A DNA stretch of 44,195 bases from an uncultured Candidatus Saccharibacteria bacterium (GCA_964362305.1 CAYIDY010000004.1:1-44195), one strand, 5' to 3'; positions 34,584-43,728 are shown, counted from the first letter of the stretch. Notes: generated by a model not told the origin, from the sequence alone. Numbers and translations: made by a program.

Positions 34584-35315
34584 ATGCAGAAAGGGCACAT
34601 CCATCCCATTTCAAGTCTCATTCGCGAGGCGAACCAGATTTTCGGTCGCATGGGCTTTGCGTTTGCCGAAGGGCCACTTCTTGAAGACGAATGGCACAAT
34701 TTCGATGCCTTAAATGTTCCGAAAGACCATCCAGCGCGTGACATGCAAGACACTTTTTTCATTAAAGACGAGCCGGGCTACGTGTTACGCACTCACACAT
34801 CTCCAGTCCAGTTGCGCTACATGCAGGCGCAAGTCGAAAAGGGAATTACCCCGCCGTACCGTGTCATCGTGCCGGGAAAGGTATTCCGCAACGAAGCGAC
34901 CGACATGACACACGAAGCGGAATTCTTTCAACTTGAAGGTCTTGCTATCGGCGAAGACGTGACGCTCGCTCATCTCAAAGGAACACTTGCACGATTCTTC
35001 AAAGAGTTATTCAAAAACGCGGAAGTCGAAATCCGTTTCCGCCCCAGTTTCTTTCCATTCGTCGAGCCGGGCGTTGAGGTAGACATGCGCCTCGTCGGCA
35101 ATGACGTACCGGAAAAGCTTAAAGACAAATGGATTGAAATGATGGGCGCGGGGATGGTGCATCCGAGCGTGATTGAAAACGCTGGGCTCGATTCGAAAAA
35201 GTACCAAGGCTTCGCATTCGGTATGGGCCTCGACCGCCTTGCCATGCTCCGTTGGGGCATCGATGATGTGCGCCTCATGCATTCGGCGGACCTGCGATTC
35301 ATCAATCAATTTTGA
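34584..35315 (+). CDS. pheS: Phenylalanine-tRNA ligase alpha subunit, catalytic core only (243 aa)
   Basis: Class II motifs: KDHPARDMQDTFF, LRTHTSPVQ, PGKVFRNE, FFQLEG and GFAFGMGLDRLAM. The N-terminal coiled-coil arm found in typical ~340-aa bacterial PheS is absent. Confidence 0.9.
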   Translation: MQKGHIHPISSLIREANQIFGRMGFAFAEGPLLEDEWHNFDALNVPKDHPARDMQDTFFIKDEPGYVLRTHTSPVQLRYMQAQVEKGITPPYRVIVPGKVFRNEATDMTHEAEFFQLEGLAIGEDVTLAHLKGTLARFFKELFKNAEVEIRFRPSFFPFVEPGVEVDMRLVGNDVPEKLKDKWIEMMGAGMVHPSVIENAGLDSKKYQGFAFGMGLDRLAMLRWGIDDVRLMHSADLRFINQF

Positions 35316-35316
35316 T

Positions 35317-37125
35317 ATGAAAATTTCACGAGAATGGCTACAGACTTTCTTTGAAACTCCTTTGCCGAGTGCAAAGGAACTTTCGCACGTGCTTACATTC
35401 CATGCTTTTGAGATTGATGGTGTCGAGACACATCAAGATGACGACATTTTGGACGTGAAGGTGACCCCAAACCGTGGACACGACTGCTTATCGTATCGAG
35501 GCGTTGCTAAGGAAATTTCGGCGATTCTCAATATTCCACTAATCGAAAAGTACGAGTTTCGGAATACCGTATCTCTGGAGCCGAAAACCAACAAAGTCGC
35601 GGTGGAGGTGAACGAGCAAGATTTATGTCCTCGCTACGTCGCGGGTCACATCACTGGAGTGAAAGTCGGTCCGTCGCCTGAATGGCTGCAAAAGCGCCTG
35701 CGTGCAATGGGTCAACAGAGCATCAATAACATCGTCGACGCCACGAATTTTGTGATGTTCGAGACTGGGCAACCTTTGCATGCATTTGATGCGGGCAAAC
35801 TTACGCGAAAAGATGGAACGTATGCGATTCAGGTACGACGCGCCCAGCCAGGAGAAAAAATGGTCGCACTCGACCAGAAAGAGTACGAGTTCAAAGACTC
35901 GATGCTTCTTATCGTCGACAAACATATCAATGAAGCCGTTGGTATTGCAGGAGTAAAAGGTGGCATGGCGAGTGGCATCGACGCGACGACAACGGATATC
36001 ATCATCGAATCCGCAAATTTCAACGGCGTTTCTGCACGACGGACCGCGCAGGCGCTGAAGTTGCGCACCGATGCTTCACAGCGGTTTGAACAGGGAATTT
36101 CACCCGAACTTGCTGCCTTCGGCATGCAATCTGCCGTCGAGATAATTTGCAAACTCGCGGGCGGTACCCTTGTCGGATATACCGATGTGTATCCCAAAAA
36201 GCAGGAGGAGCGTGCGGTATCCGTGACGCTCGAACACATAAACCGACTTCTCGGCACGTCGCTTGATAAGAATGTCGTTGGTGACGTATTAAAGCGGCTG
36301 AACCTCACCTTTTCTGAATCTGGTTCCACGTTTGAAGTGCATGTTCCTTTCGAGCGGCTAGATATCACGATTCCTGAAGATCTCATCGAAGAAGTTGGAC
36401 GAATGGTAGGGTACGAAACTGTTGCATCGGTTGAGTTGCCGCCGCTTTCTCGAGCCGTCGAAGTGAATCAGAATTTTGCAACTGCAGAAACAATTCGCGA
36501 AGAATTCACTGCGCAAGGATATTCCGAAGTTTTCACATCTGTCTTTGTCGAGAAGGGGAGGCGTGCAGTATCCAACAAAGTAGGTGGAGATAAACCGTTC
36601 CTCCGTGCAAACCTCACTGACAGCCTCACAGAGGCGCTCAAAAGGAATATTCAAAGCAAAGACCTACTTGGCCTCAAAGAGGTGAAATTATTCGAGATTG
36701 GGACCGTCTGGCTTAAAGACTCAGAGGTAATAATGGTCGGCACCGTCGGAGAAAAAGCAAAAGCAACAGAAAAGCCGCTTTCTGAGTATGTTAAAGGTGA
36801 CGTGTCTGCGTATGACTCGTTGCCACTTTCCGAAACAGCGCGCTTCGCGCAATTCTCGCGCTATCCGTACATAGTTCGCGACGTTGCGCTCTGGTGTCCA
36901 AAGGGGACGGCGGCCGCGGAAATACTTGAAGATATTAAGAAGCACTCAGGCTCACTTTTGGTGAGGAGCGAGCTTTTTGACACCTTCGAGAAGGGTGAGC
37001 GGGTCTCGTTCGCATTCCGCCTCGTCTTCCAATCATTCGACCAAACACTGACCGATTTGGACGCAAATGAGCGCATGGAAAGCGTGTATTCTTCGCTTCG
37101 CGAAAAAGGCTTTGAAATCCGCTAA
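35317..37125 (+). CDS. pheT: Phenylalanine-tRNA ligase beta subunit (short, 602 aa)
   Basis: Start trimmed to ATG 35317, 1 nt after the pheS stop. Motifs include MKISREWLQTFF and VTPNRGHDCLSYRGVAKE. The OB-fold tRNA-binding insert after the B1 domain appears to be missing. Confidence 0.88.
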   Translation: MKISREWLQTFFETPLPSAKELSHVLTFHAFEIDGVETHQDDDILDVKVTPNRGHDCLSYRGVAKEISAILNIPLIEKYEFRNTVSLEPKTNKVAVEVNEQDLCPRYVAGHITGVKVGPSPEWLQKRLRAMGQQSINNIVDATNFVMFETGQPLHAFDAGKLTRKDGTYAIQVRRAQPGEKMVALDQKEYEFKDSMLLIVDKHINEAVGIAGVKGGMASGIDATTTDIIIESANFNGVSARRTAQALKLRTDASQRFEQGISPELAAFGMQSAVEIICKLAGGTLVGYTDVYPKKQEERAVSVTLEHINRLLGTSLDKNVVGDVLKRLNLTFSESGSTFEVHVPFERLDITIPEDLIEEVGRMVGYETVASVELPPLSRAVEVNQNFATAETIREEFTAQGYSEVFTSVFVEKGRRAVSNKVGGDKPFLRANLTDSLTEALKRNIQSKDLLGLKEVKLFEIGTVWLKDSEVIMVGTVGEKAKATEKPLSEYVKGDVSAYDSLPLSETARFAQFSRYPYIVRDVALWCPKGTAAAEILEDIKKHSGSLLVRSELFDTFEKGERVSFAFRLVFQSFDQTLTDLDANERMESVYSSLREKGFEIR

Positions 37126-37166
37126 AAGATGGCTTTATTAAGCCACAATTTTACCCACAGAAATCC

Positions 37167-37194
37167 TTGGGAGATGGGTATTTTCTGATATAAT
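37167..37194 (+). promoter_or_regulatory. sigma70-like promoter TTGGGA-N16-(TG)-TATAAT for gyrB
   Basis: A perfect TATAAT lies at 37189-37194 with TG at 37186-37187. gyrB has a ~20-nt leader, unlike most other first genes here. Confidence 0.5.
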
Positions 37195-37220
37195 CAAGGG
37201 ACGCGAAAGAGCGAATAACA

Positions 37221-39266
37221 ATGGCTGAAAAGAAACAGGAAAAGAAAAAAGCTTCATACGGCGCAGAGCAGATTACGGTGCTAGAGGGCCTCGAGGCGGT
37301 ACGAAAACGCCCCGGGATGTACATCGGTACGACCGGTGTTTCTGGTCTGCACCACCTCATATGGGAAGTATTTGATAACTCGCGCGACGAAGCGATGGGT
37401 GGCTATGCCGATGATATCGAAGTCGCTCTCATGCCAGATGGCTCGGTGCGTGTTGCCGACAACGGTCGTGGAATTCCGACAGACATTCACCCAAAAACAA
37501 AAGTTTCCGCACTCGAAACGGTATTGACCGTGTTGCACGCCGGAGGAAAATTTGGCGGTGACGACAGTGGCTACAAAGTTTCTGGCGGACTTCACGGAGT
37601 CGGCGTTTCAGTCGTTAATGCACTTTCATCTCACGTGCGGGCCGAAGTCCACCGAGATGGCGGCAAATTCGAACAAACCTACAAAAATGGCGGAAAGCCA
37701 GTTGGGAAAGTAAAAAAAATTGCCGCGTCCAAATTGCACGGCACGATTATTTCGTTCATTCCTGACGCTGCAATTTTTCCCGATCGTACGTTCAATTGGG
37801 ACACGATTGTCTCGCATTTGCGCCAGCAAGCCTATCTCGTGAAAGGTCTTCGCATCGCCATCGTTGATTTTCGCGAGGTAAAAGATGTCGACGACGTGGG
37901 CGTGTTTTACATGCGCGAAGCGGGCATCGACGCTCCGTCGGTCACCTATTATTTCGAAGGGGGCCTGCGTTCTTTGGTTGAATTCCAAAATCGTCACCAA
38001 GAACCGGTTCACAAAAACGTTTTCTACATTGAAAAAGAAATCGACAACATTAATGTCGAAGTTTCTCTCCAGTACGTCGACGACATTACCGCGCGGCTTA
38101 CGGCGTTTGCAAATAACATTTATAACAACGAAGGTGGCACGCACATCACGGGTTTTAAAACGGCACTCACTCGCACACTGAATGCCGCGAGCAAAAATGG
38201 AAGCGGGAAAGAAGGTGACTCTTTTACCGGCGACGATGTTTTAGAAGGACTCACTGCGGTTGTTTCAATTAAAATGCCCGAAGTCCAGTTTGAAGGTCAG
38301 ACGAAGGGCAAGCTGGGTTCGGTAGAAGCGCGAGGCGCGGTAGAAACGGTATTTGGCGAGGCGTTTGCTGCGTTCCTTGAAGAGCATCCGGATGACATGC
38401 GTGCGATTGTGGGGAAAGCAACGCTCGCGATGAAGGCCCGCAAAGCTGCCAAAGCTGCAAAAGATTCGGTTCTCAGAAAAGGCGCACTCGAAGGACTTTC
38501 ACTTCCCGGAAAATTGGCCGACTGTCAAAGCAAAAGTGCCGAAGAGAGCGAGCTCTTCATCGTGGAGGGAGACTCTGCAGGTGGATCGGGCAAAATGGGT
38601 CGCGACCGACGCACACAGGCGGTTCTTCCGCTTCGTGGAAAGATTCTCAACGTCGAGCGAGCCCGTCTCGATCGTATGCTCGGCTCCGAACAGATTCGAA
38701 ACCTCGTCATAGCCATGGGAACGGCGATTGGTGACGTGTTTGATATTTCGAAGCTCCGCTATCACAAAATTATCATCGCAACCGACGCCGACGTAGATGG
38801 AGCGCACATTCGTACCTTGCTTCTTACGGTGTTGTACCGCCACTTCCGCCCCATTATCGACGGCGGGTTTATCTACATCGCGCAGCCGCCCTTGTACAAA
38901 ATCAAAAAGGGCAAAGAGGTTTTCTATGCCTACACTGACGAGCAGAAGGTGAAGATTGCCGGCAAAGACGCGCCGCTCGAAACAGAAGAATTGATAGAAG
39001 AAGTTCCCGAAGAAGGCGAGGGCGAAGAAGTGAAAGCGAAACGCGCTGCAAAGATTTCCATTCAGCGCTACAAAGGTCTTGGAGAGATGAACCCGGAAGA
39101 ATTGTGGGAAACAACGATGGATCCGGCACGTCGCATTTTGAAACAGGTAAAGGTAGAAGACGGCCAAGAAGCCGACCGCACCTTCGACATCCTCATGGGC
39201 ACCGATGTCATGTCACGCAAGTCATTCATTCAATCGCACGCAAAAGAGGCGACGCTCGATATATAA
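37221..39266 (+). CDS. gyrB: DNA gyrase subunit B
   Basis: Motifs: YGAEQITVLEGLEAVRKRPGMYIG, GGLHGVG, the EGDSAGG Toprim motif, PLRGKILNVE, DADVDGAHI and QRYKGLGEMNPEELWETTM. Confidence 0.95.
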   Translation: MAEKKQEKKKASYGAEQITVLEGLEAVRKRPGMYIGTTGVSGLHHLIWEVFDNSRDEAMGGYADDIEVALMPDGSVRVADNGRGIPTDIHPKTKVSALETVLTVLHAGGKFGGDDSGYKVSGGLHGVGVSVVNALSSHVRAEVHRDGGKFEQTYKNGGKPVGKVKKIAASKLHGTIISFIPDAAIFPDRTFNWDTIVSHLRQQAYLVKGLRIAIVDFREVKDVDDVGVFYMREAGIDAPSVTYYFEGGLRSLVEFQNRHQEPVHKNVFYIEKEIDNINVEVSLQYVDDITARLTAFANNIYNNEGGTHITGFKTALTRTLNAASKNGSGKEGDSFTGDDVLEGLTAVVSIKMPEVQFEGQTKGKLGSVEARGAVETVFGEAFAAFLEEHPDDMRAIVGKATLAMKARKAAKAAKDSVLRKGALEGLSLPGKLADCQSKSAEESELFIVEGDSAGGSGKMGRDRRTQAVLPLRGKILNVERARLDRMLGSEQIRNLVIAMGTAIGDVFDISKLRYHKIIIATDADVDGAHIRTLLLTVLYRHFRPIIDGGFIYIAQPPLYKIKKGKEVFYAYTDEQKVKIAGKDAPLETEELIEEVPEEGEGEEVKAKRAAKISIQRYKGLGEMNPEELWETTMDPARRILKQVKVEDGQEADRTFDILMGTDVMSRKSFIQSHAKEATLDI

Positions 39267-39273
39267 TACGGGA

Positions 39274-40323
39274 ATGAACGAAAAGTTTCCTCATCGTCGC
39301 GATGTGCTCCGCGGCGCATTATCGGCAGCAGGAGCGCTGCTACTACCGAATCAGGCTCAGGCAAAGGGTGGAGAAGAATTGCGAACATTTCTCTCGGATT
39401 TAAGATTGGTTTCTGAGGAGATGCGCAGTGATAGAATACGTCGCGATTTAGCGGAGGGTTATGAGAATGTAATCCGCAGAATTCTTGTCGAGAACACTAT
39501 TCAACTACCGCCCGTTCAGGCGCTGCGTAATTCTCCCCTCAATCCGGAGCGACTATTTCGGTACCCACTCCTTGTGGGAAGTGCGCCTCCACGAAAGGGC
39601 GAGACACAAAGTCGTTTAAGCATTGTCGGCGCAGGCACTCCCCAAAGGCAAGTCTATGACCTCGCGGAAGCAGTGAATGGTCGCCTGGCCCATGGAAACG
39701 CAACTCCGATTGCATCACAAATGGTTATTACCGCAGGACATGTGAGACCTGCGCTTGAACGTGCCCCTGAGGTCACGATGCTCTCTGCAGCAAACACTGA
39801 CCTCGCTGTTGCTTTTATCGCGGGGCAGACGTTTGCAGCAGAAAATATGGTGGCACTGCCAAGTGCAATGCGCGATACCGATGTGCATGGGCAATTTGTC
39901 GTCATTCCCGGAATAGACCCTGATGCAACGGCAGCGCATCGCGGTATGTACAAAGCATACAACGGTCTCGCATTTCAAATGACTCCGGCGATGACCGAAG
40001 ACCTCATTACTATCGACCCAAACATCGCGGAGGATGTACATATGATGAAATGGGCCAGCGAGTCGCTGTGTCTTATTATTCCTAAAGGAGAGGGGGAGCC
40101 TTACGAGCGCAGAAGTAGCACGCCTCGTGGTGCGGGGATGTCGGGCTCACCAGTCTTCATGCTCAACAACGGCGAGTATGTTTTTGTTGGCGTCTTATGG
40201 GGCGTGTCGAACTTTTTGTATAAAGGGAAATCGTACTCGCTCGCTTTCTTTTCTGGCCCCGATACCATTAACAGCGTCACGCGCTCGTTCATTAACGATT
40301 CTCGGAAACTGAAGCAACCTTAG
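39274..40323 (+). CDS. Trypsin-like (S1 family) serine peptidase with a twin-arginine-like signal peptide
   Basis: Start trimmed to ATG 39274. Leader: MNEKFPHRRDVLRGALSAAGALLLPNQAQA. Catalytic triad candidates are His (ITAGHV), Asp (NTDLAVAF) and Ser (GAGMSGSPVF). Confidence 0.68.
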   Translation: MNEKFPHRRDVLRGALSAAGALLLPNQAQAKGGEELRTFLSDLRLVSEEMRSDRIRRDLAEGYENVIRRILVENTIQLPPVQALRNSPLNPERLFRYPLLVGSAPPRKGETQSRLSIVGAGTPQRQVYDLAEAVNGRLAHGNATPIASQMVITAGHVRPALERAPEVTMLSAANTDLAVAFIAGQTFAAENMVALPSAMRDTDVHGQFVVIPGIDPDATAAHRGMYKAYNGLAFQMTPAMTEDLITIDPNIAEDVHMMKWASESLCLIIPKGEGEPYERRSSTPRGAGMSGSPVFMLNNGEYVFVGVLWGVSNFLYKGKSYSLAFFSGPDTINSVTRSFINDSRKLKQP

Positions 40324-41357
40324 TACCCGTATTGGTAGCCAGTGGTTGGGCCCGAGACCCAAATAGCTGCGTCATTGTTTTTCTCGTTCGATTCGGACAC
40401 TGCATTCGAAGAGTCGGCTGAGACTGCAAATCGTCCACCACCTACTGCGACGTGATTAAAGCGAAGCGTGCTCTCGATGTGAGCGCCCGGTGCGAGCGGT
40501 GCCTGCTTTGGTGAGTTGTACGGAGTGAGAGGGTAGGTAGGTAGTTCCGCGCTGAAGTACCAGCTTCCCGATGTACCCGTGCCACGGTTTGTGACATCGA
40601 ACTTCACCGCGACGGTTTCTTCTGGAGAGATTGGGTTGCGTGAGACGAAACTGCCTGTGTATGCATCAATTACGCCAACAGCGATGATGCGGATCTCAAG
40701 GTCGGGTGTTCCAGACGACGTAGATGGAGTTGTGGTAACAGGCTTCGTTGTCGGTTTGGTTGTCGTGACCGGCTGCTTCGTGTTTGTAGGTGTAGGCGTT
40801 TCCACAACAGTAGTTGGAGGCGCAATCGTAACAGTGGCGCTTCCTTGTGGGCGAGGCGCCGCGGCCGTTGAGGTACTTGTCGGGTCAACGACAGGGTTAA
40901 AAATTACAGTGAATGCAGATTCAATCGCCTCGCTTCCAGAAATCGAAGGAATGATGCGCGTCGATTTTGTAGACTCGTTTCCAAGAGGGTAGGCTGCGCC
41001 ACAAGGAATTGGCGTGACGACGCCCGCGGTTGTAACCGAACGAAGCTGCAAGCCCTCCTGACATTGATACAAAACCGTAAAGACACCCGCGCCTTCCGGA
41101 GCGTAATCCCATGAAGCGTCAAACGCCTCACCGGAAACCACTGAATCATCGGAAAGAGTGACTTTTATTGCATCAGAGTTGCGCCCAAAGAGGGACGAGA
41201 GACCCGAAGAGGCGAGTTCGAGAAAATGATATGCACCCCAGATGATAATTGCGATTAGTATGATAAAACCGGCGACGGCGAGGATGTTAGAAACCGCACC
41301 CTGGCCCGCTTGGGATGAATTTGTCATAGGCCCGATTTCTATCACAGATAAGGTCAT
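40320..41357 (-). CDS. Membrane-anchored surface protein with a Thr/Pro-rich linker and a C-terminal CARDB-like domain
   Basis: TM helix: ILAVAGFIILIAIIIWGAY. Linker: TPTPTNTKQPVTTTKPTTKPVTTTPSTS. CARDB-like tail: PDLEIRI...VKFDVTNRGTGTSG...VSADSSNAVSESNEKNN. Confidence 0.6.
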   Translation of the reverse strand: MTLSVIEIGPMTNSSQAGQGAVSNILAVAGFIILIAIIIWGAYHFLELASSGLSSLFGRNSDAIKVTLSDDSVVSGEAFDASWDYAPEGAGVFTVLYQCQEGLQLRSVTTAGVVTPIPCGAAYPLGNESTKSTRIIPSISGSEAIESAFTVIFNPVVDPTSTSTAAAPRPQGSATVTIAPPTTVVETPTPTNTKQPVTTTKPTTKPVTTTPSTSSGTPDLEIRIIAVGVIDAYTGSFVSRNPISPEETVAVKFDVTNRGTGTSGSWYFSAELPTYPLTPYNSPKQAPLAPGAHIESTLRFNHVAVGGGRFAVSADSSNAVSESNEKNNDAAIWVSGPTTGYQYGY

Positions 41358-41386
41358 TTGACAAGTACCCGCATATGATGTATGGT
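41358..41386 (+). promoter_or_regulatory. sigma70-like promoter TTGACA-N17-TATGGT in the 17-nt divergent gap
   Basis: The -35 box (41358-41363) abuts the start codon of the minus-strand CARDB gene. The -10 box (41381-41386) lies inside the annotated sortase ORF, which suggests the true sortase start may be ATG 41399. Confidence 0.35.
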
Positions 41387-42076
41387 TTTGCCGATGCTAT
41401 GAACGACTATTCTGCAACAACTCCACAAAAAGCGCCCCCAGGGGTTTTCGTCGCAACTTCCGTATTGCTGTTTTTTGCCACGGTTTCCGCAGCCGATTCT
41501 ATCGGTTTTGTGCCGTATTACGTGGACGGCACCGCTCCGCGCGAGACGGGGGAACGGGTCGTTTCTTCGAGCGACGGGCTCGCGCTCTCAGATCTTCCGC
41601 AGCTTGGCGAATTGGTACAACCAGCACCTGCTGTACTTGCAGGAGTTGCCCCCACGCGCATCGTGGCGGCTTCTATTGGACTTGATTTGAATATCCAAAA
41701 TCCCGCTACGCGCGACATAGGAACTCTCGATGAGATTCTAAAAGACGGACCGGCGCGCTACGTTGATTCTGCGCTTCTCGGTGAGAAGGGGAACGTGCTT
41801 ATCTTCGCGCACAGTTCGCGTTTGCCCGTCGTGCGCAACCAAATGTACAAAGCGTTCAATCGCGTCGCGGAATTAAAGCCCGGCGAAACCATCACGCTCT
41901 CAGGAGGTGGGCGCGAATTTCTCTACACAGTAAAATCAGTCCGCCGCGCAGATGCCGAAGAAGAGCTCATCAGTCTCGCGAAAGATGGAAACAAACTCAC
42001 GCTGGTTACGTGCGACACGCTGACGTCAAAAACATCGCGCTTCATTGTGGAGGCCGAATTGGTGGGGGAGATATAA
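41375..42076 (+). CDS. Sortase-family transpeptidase
   Basis: It has an N-terminal TM anchor, the catalytic His context GNVLIFAHSS, the Cys context LTLVTCD, and the Arg context SRFIVEAE. An alternative start is at 41399. Confidence 0.68.
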   Translation: MMYGFADAMNDYSATTPQKAPPGVFVATSVLLFFATVSAADSIGFVPYYVDGTAPRETGERVVSSSDGLALSDLPQLGELVQPAPAVLAGVAPTRIVAASIGLDLNIQNPATRDIGTLDEILKDGPARYVDSALLGEKGNVLIFAHSSRLPVVRNQMYKAFNRVAELKPGETITLSGGGREFLYTVKSVRRADAEEELISLAKDGNKLTLVTCDTLTSKTSRFIVEAELVGEI

Positions 42077-42079
42077 AAC

Positions 42080-43201
42080 TCACGGACGCTGCAAGCGCCT
42101 CTTTTCCTCTCGAGTAGCTTGCTCTTCATAACCAGGTTGTCCTGGCAATAATCGACGTGGGGGCATGTCCGACCCATACTGGTATTCCTTGTCAGGCGCT
42201 CCTGCCTTAGCAGCTTCCGTTGCATGAATCATGACAAGCGTGCCCGCCTTTCCTTTTGCAGGCAAATGCGTGTACTGAGAAATGCCCAAGTCATATACGT
42301 CTGTATTCGACATGCGAATACAGCCCGTGCTTCGGTGACGACCGCCAAGAAGTGTGACCCATTGGTTAAGCCGCTCGACCCATTTACCAGAACGGTTGCT
42401 GCCATGGATATGTATGCCGCGGACCTCATCGATTGTATATCGTGCCGTAACGACTTCCGATTTATCTCTCTCCACACGTTCTGCAGCACTTTCTGCTCCG
42501 GGTTCACCAAAAGTCTTTGCGAACCATTGTGCCGTTTTTCCGTCCGATATTTTATTAAAGTATTTGTTTAGTATGTCGTGAATTTCCTTCCGTTTCTTTG
42601 GGTCCCCATGATGACGTTCGGCACGCACTACTTCTCCGTATGCCCCAATCTCGCCGCTCAGCACGGGCTTGAGTCCCAGCGGCGTCTTATTCGAATTAAG
42701 TTCGTCACCAAACCCCTTTTCTGACATTGAAACGCGGTATGCCTTTTCAAAGCGTATTGTATTTCCCGAATCTTTCTTCAATACGTATAATCGCTGAAAA
42801 TTTCTACCTTTAGAATCAACGTCAGCAAACAGATACAAGCCTGTTTCGCCCGCTTTGAGTTTTTGCGCAAGCGCCTCGAGCTGTGATTCCCCCTTAGTGT
42901 TCTTGCTTTGTCGTATAACCAGTTCTCGCTCTCCCTGATCGGGTAGATACATTTGCGACTCCTTCTCAAGGTATTGAGCGTGTTTGAAAAGATATTGAAG
43001 CATTGCGATACCTTTTGGAATGCTCGCGCGAAGTTTTTCTGCTGAACGAGATTTATGCTCTTCCAATTCAGCGGGGGAGAGGGAGCTTTCGAGGAAGTCT
43101 GCCGGCATATTCTGCGCTTCGACGTTATTGGGGAGCGCCGCTGCGGCTCCTAATCCCAAAAGTCCGACTCCGAATTCTCGACGGTTCATCTTGCCAGCCA
43201 T
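42080..43201 (-). CDS. L,D-transpeptidase (YkuD domain) protein with a twin-arginine-like signal peptide
   Basis: Leader: MAGKMNRREFGVGLLGLGAAAALPNNVEA. YkuD catalytic signature: IHIHGS...HRSTGCIRMSNTDVYDL. Confidence 0.78.
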   Translation of the reverse strand: MAGKMNRREFGVGLLGLGAAAALPNNVEAQNMPADFLESSLSPAELEEHKSRSAEKLRASIPKGIAMLQYLFKHAQYLEKESQMYLPDQGERELVIRQSKNTKGESQLEALAQKLKAGETGLYLFADVDSKGRNFQRLYVLKKDSGNTIRFEKAYRVSMSEKGFGDELNSNKTPLGLKPVLSGEIGAYGEVVRAERHHGDPKKRKEIHDILNKYFNKISDGKTAQWFAKTFGEPGAESAAERVERDKSEVVTARYTIDEVRGIHIHGSNRSGKWVERLNQWVTLLGGRHRSTGCIRMSNTDVYDLGISQYTHLPAKGKAGTLVMIHATEAAKAGAPDKEYQYGSDMPPRRLLPGQPGYEEQATREEKRRLQRP

Positions 43202-43275
43202 AGGAAAAGGATAGCATGGCTTCCCGGCTCAAAAAGTGAGGTTTTAAGCCACTAAATTACTCTATGCAACTACAC

Positions 43276-43304
43276 TTGACAGATGTCTAACATCATGATA
43301 CAAA
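43276..43304 (+). promoter_or_regulatory. sigma70-like promoter TTGACA-N17-TACAAA with an extended -10 TG
   Basis: The -35 box is at 43276-43281, TG at 43296-43297 and the -10 box at 43299-43304. It overlaps the ATG of track ORF 43283, which argues against that start. Confidence 0.4.
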
Positions 43305-43462
43305 TTATCCCGAAAGGAAGTGACTATCTAGGACTGCCAAAGCACTCGCGCTTTGGCGCAGGGCATCTGTACATAGCACGTATGTGCATATGCCCCGCAC
43401 TTGTTCTTCAAACCCGTGATGCTGGGCGAGGGCCAGCATTGATCAACAGAAGGATTTGGGCC

Positions 43463-43726
43463 GTGAAAACGCTCATCTGGATCCCCATTTTCGCAGTGAT
43501 TGGGTCAACAACAACTGCGGTCGCCAGCGAAGCTGAGCGTCGGAACACGTATCAAAAGGTGGTCGAGCTGTGTCTCAAAAAACACAACATCGGCGCCCAG
43601 TGCTACGTTACCGGAACGATGAGCATCCATTGTTCTGGGAACATCGACTCGAACAAGTCGATCCGGCGCATCTGCAACGATGAAGGCAATGCTGCAAATC
43701 GCCCCGAACGGAGGGTGATGAAGTAG
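43463..43726 (+). CDS. Small secreted Cys-containing protein, hypothetical
   Basis: GTG 43463 is preceded by AGGA 8 nt upstream and yields a classical signal peptide (MKTLIWIPIFAVIGSTTTAVA/SEA). The mature part has 4 Cys. The longer track ORF from 43283 is unlikely to be correct. Confidence 0.4.
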   Translation: MKTLIWIPIFAVIGSTTTAVASEAERRNTYQKVVELCLKKHNIGAQCYVTGTMSIHCSGNIDSNKSIRRICNDEGNAANRPERRVMK

Positions 43727-43728
43727 CG

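Noticed and set aside
9077-37159. DnaA-box-like 9-mers (CTATCCACA at 9077-9085 and 13506-13514; TTACCCACA at 37151-37159 upstream of gyrB) as a possible oriC
   Set aside because: They are single, widely separated 8-of-9 matches. There is no cluster, no adjacent AT-rich unwinding element, and no dnaA or dnaN gene.
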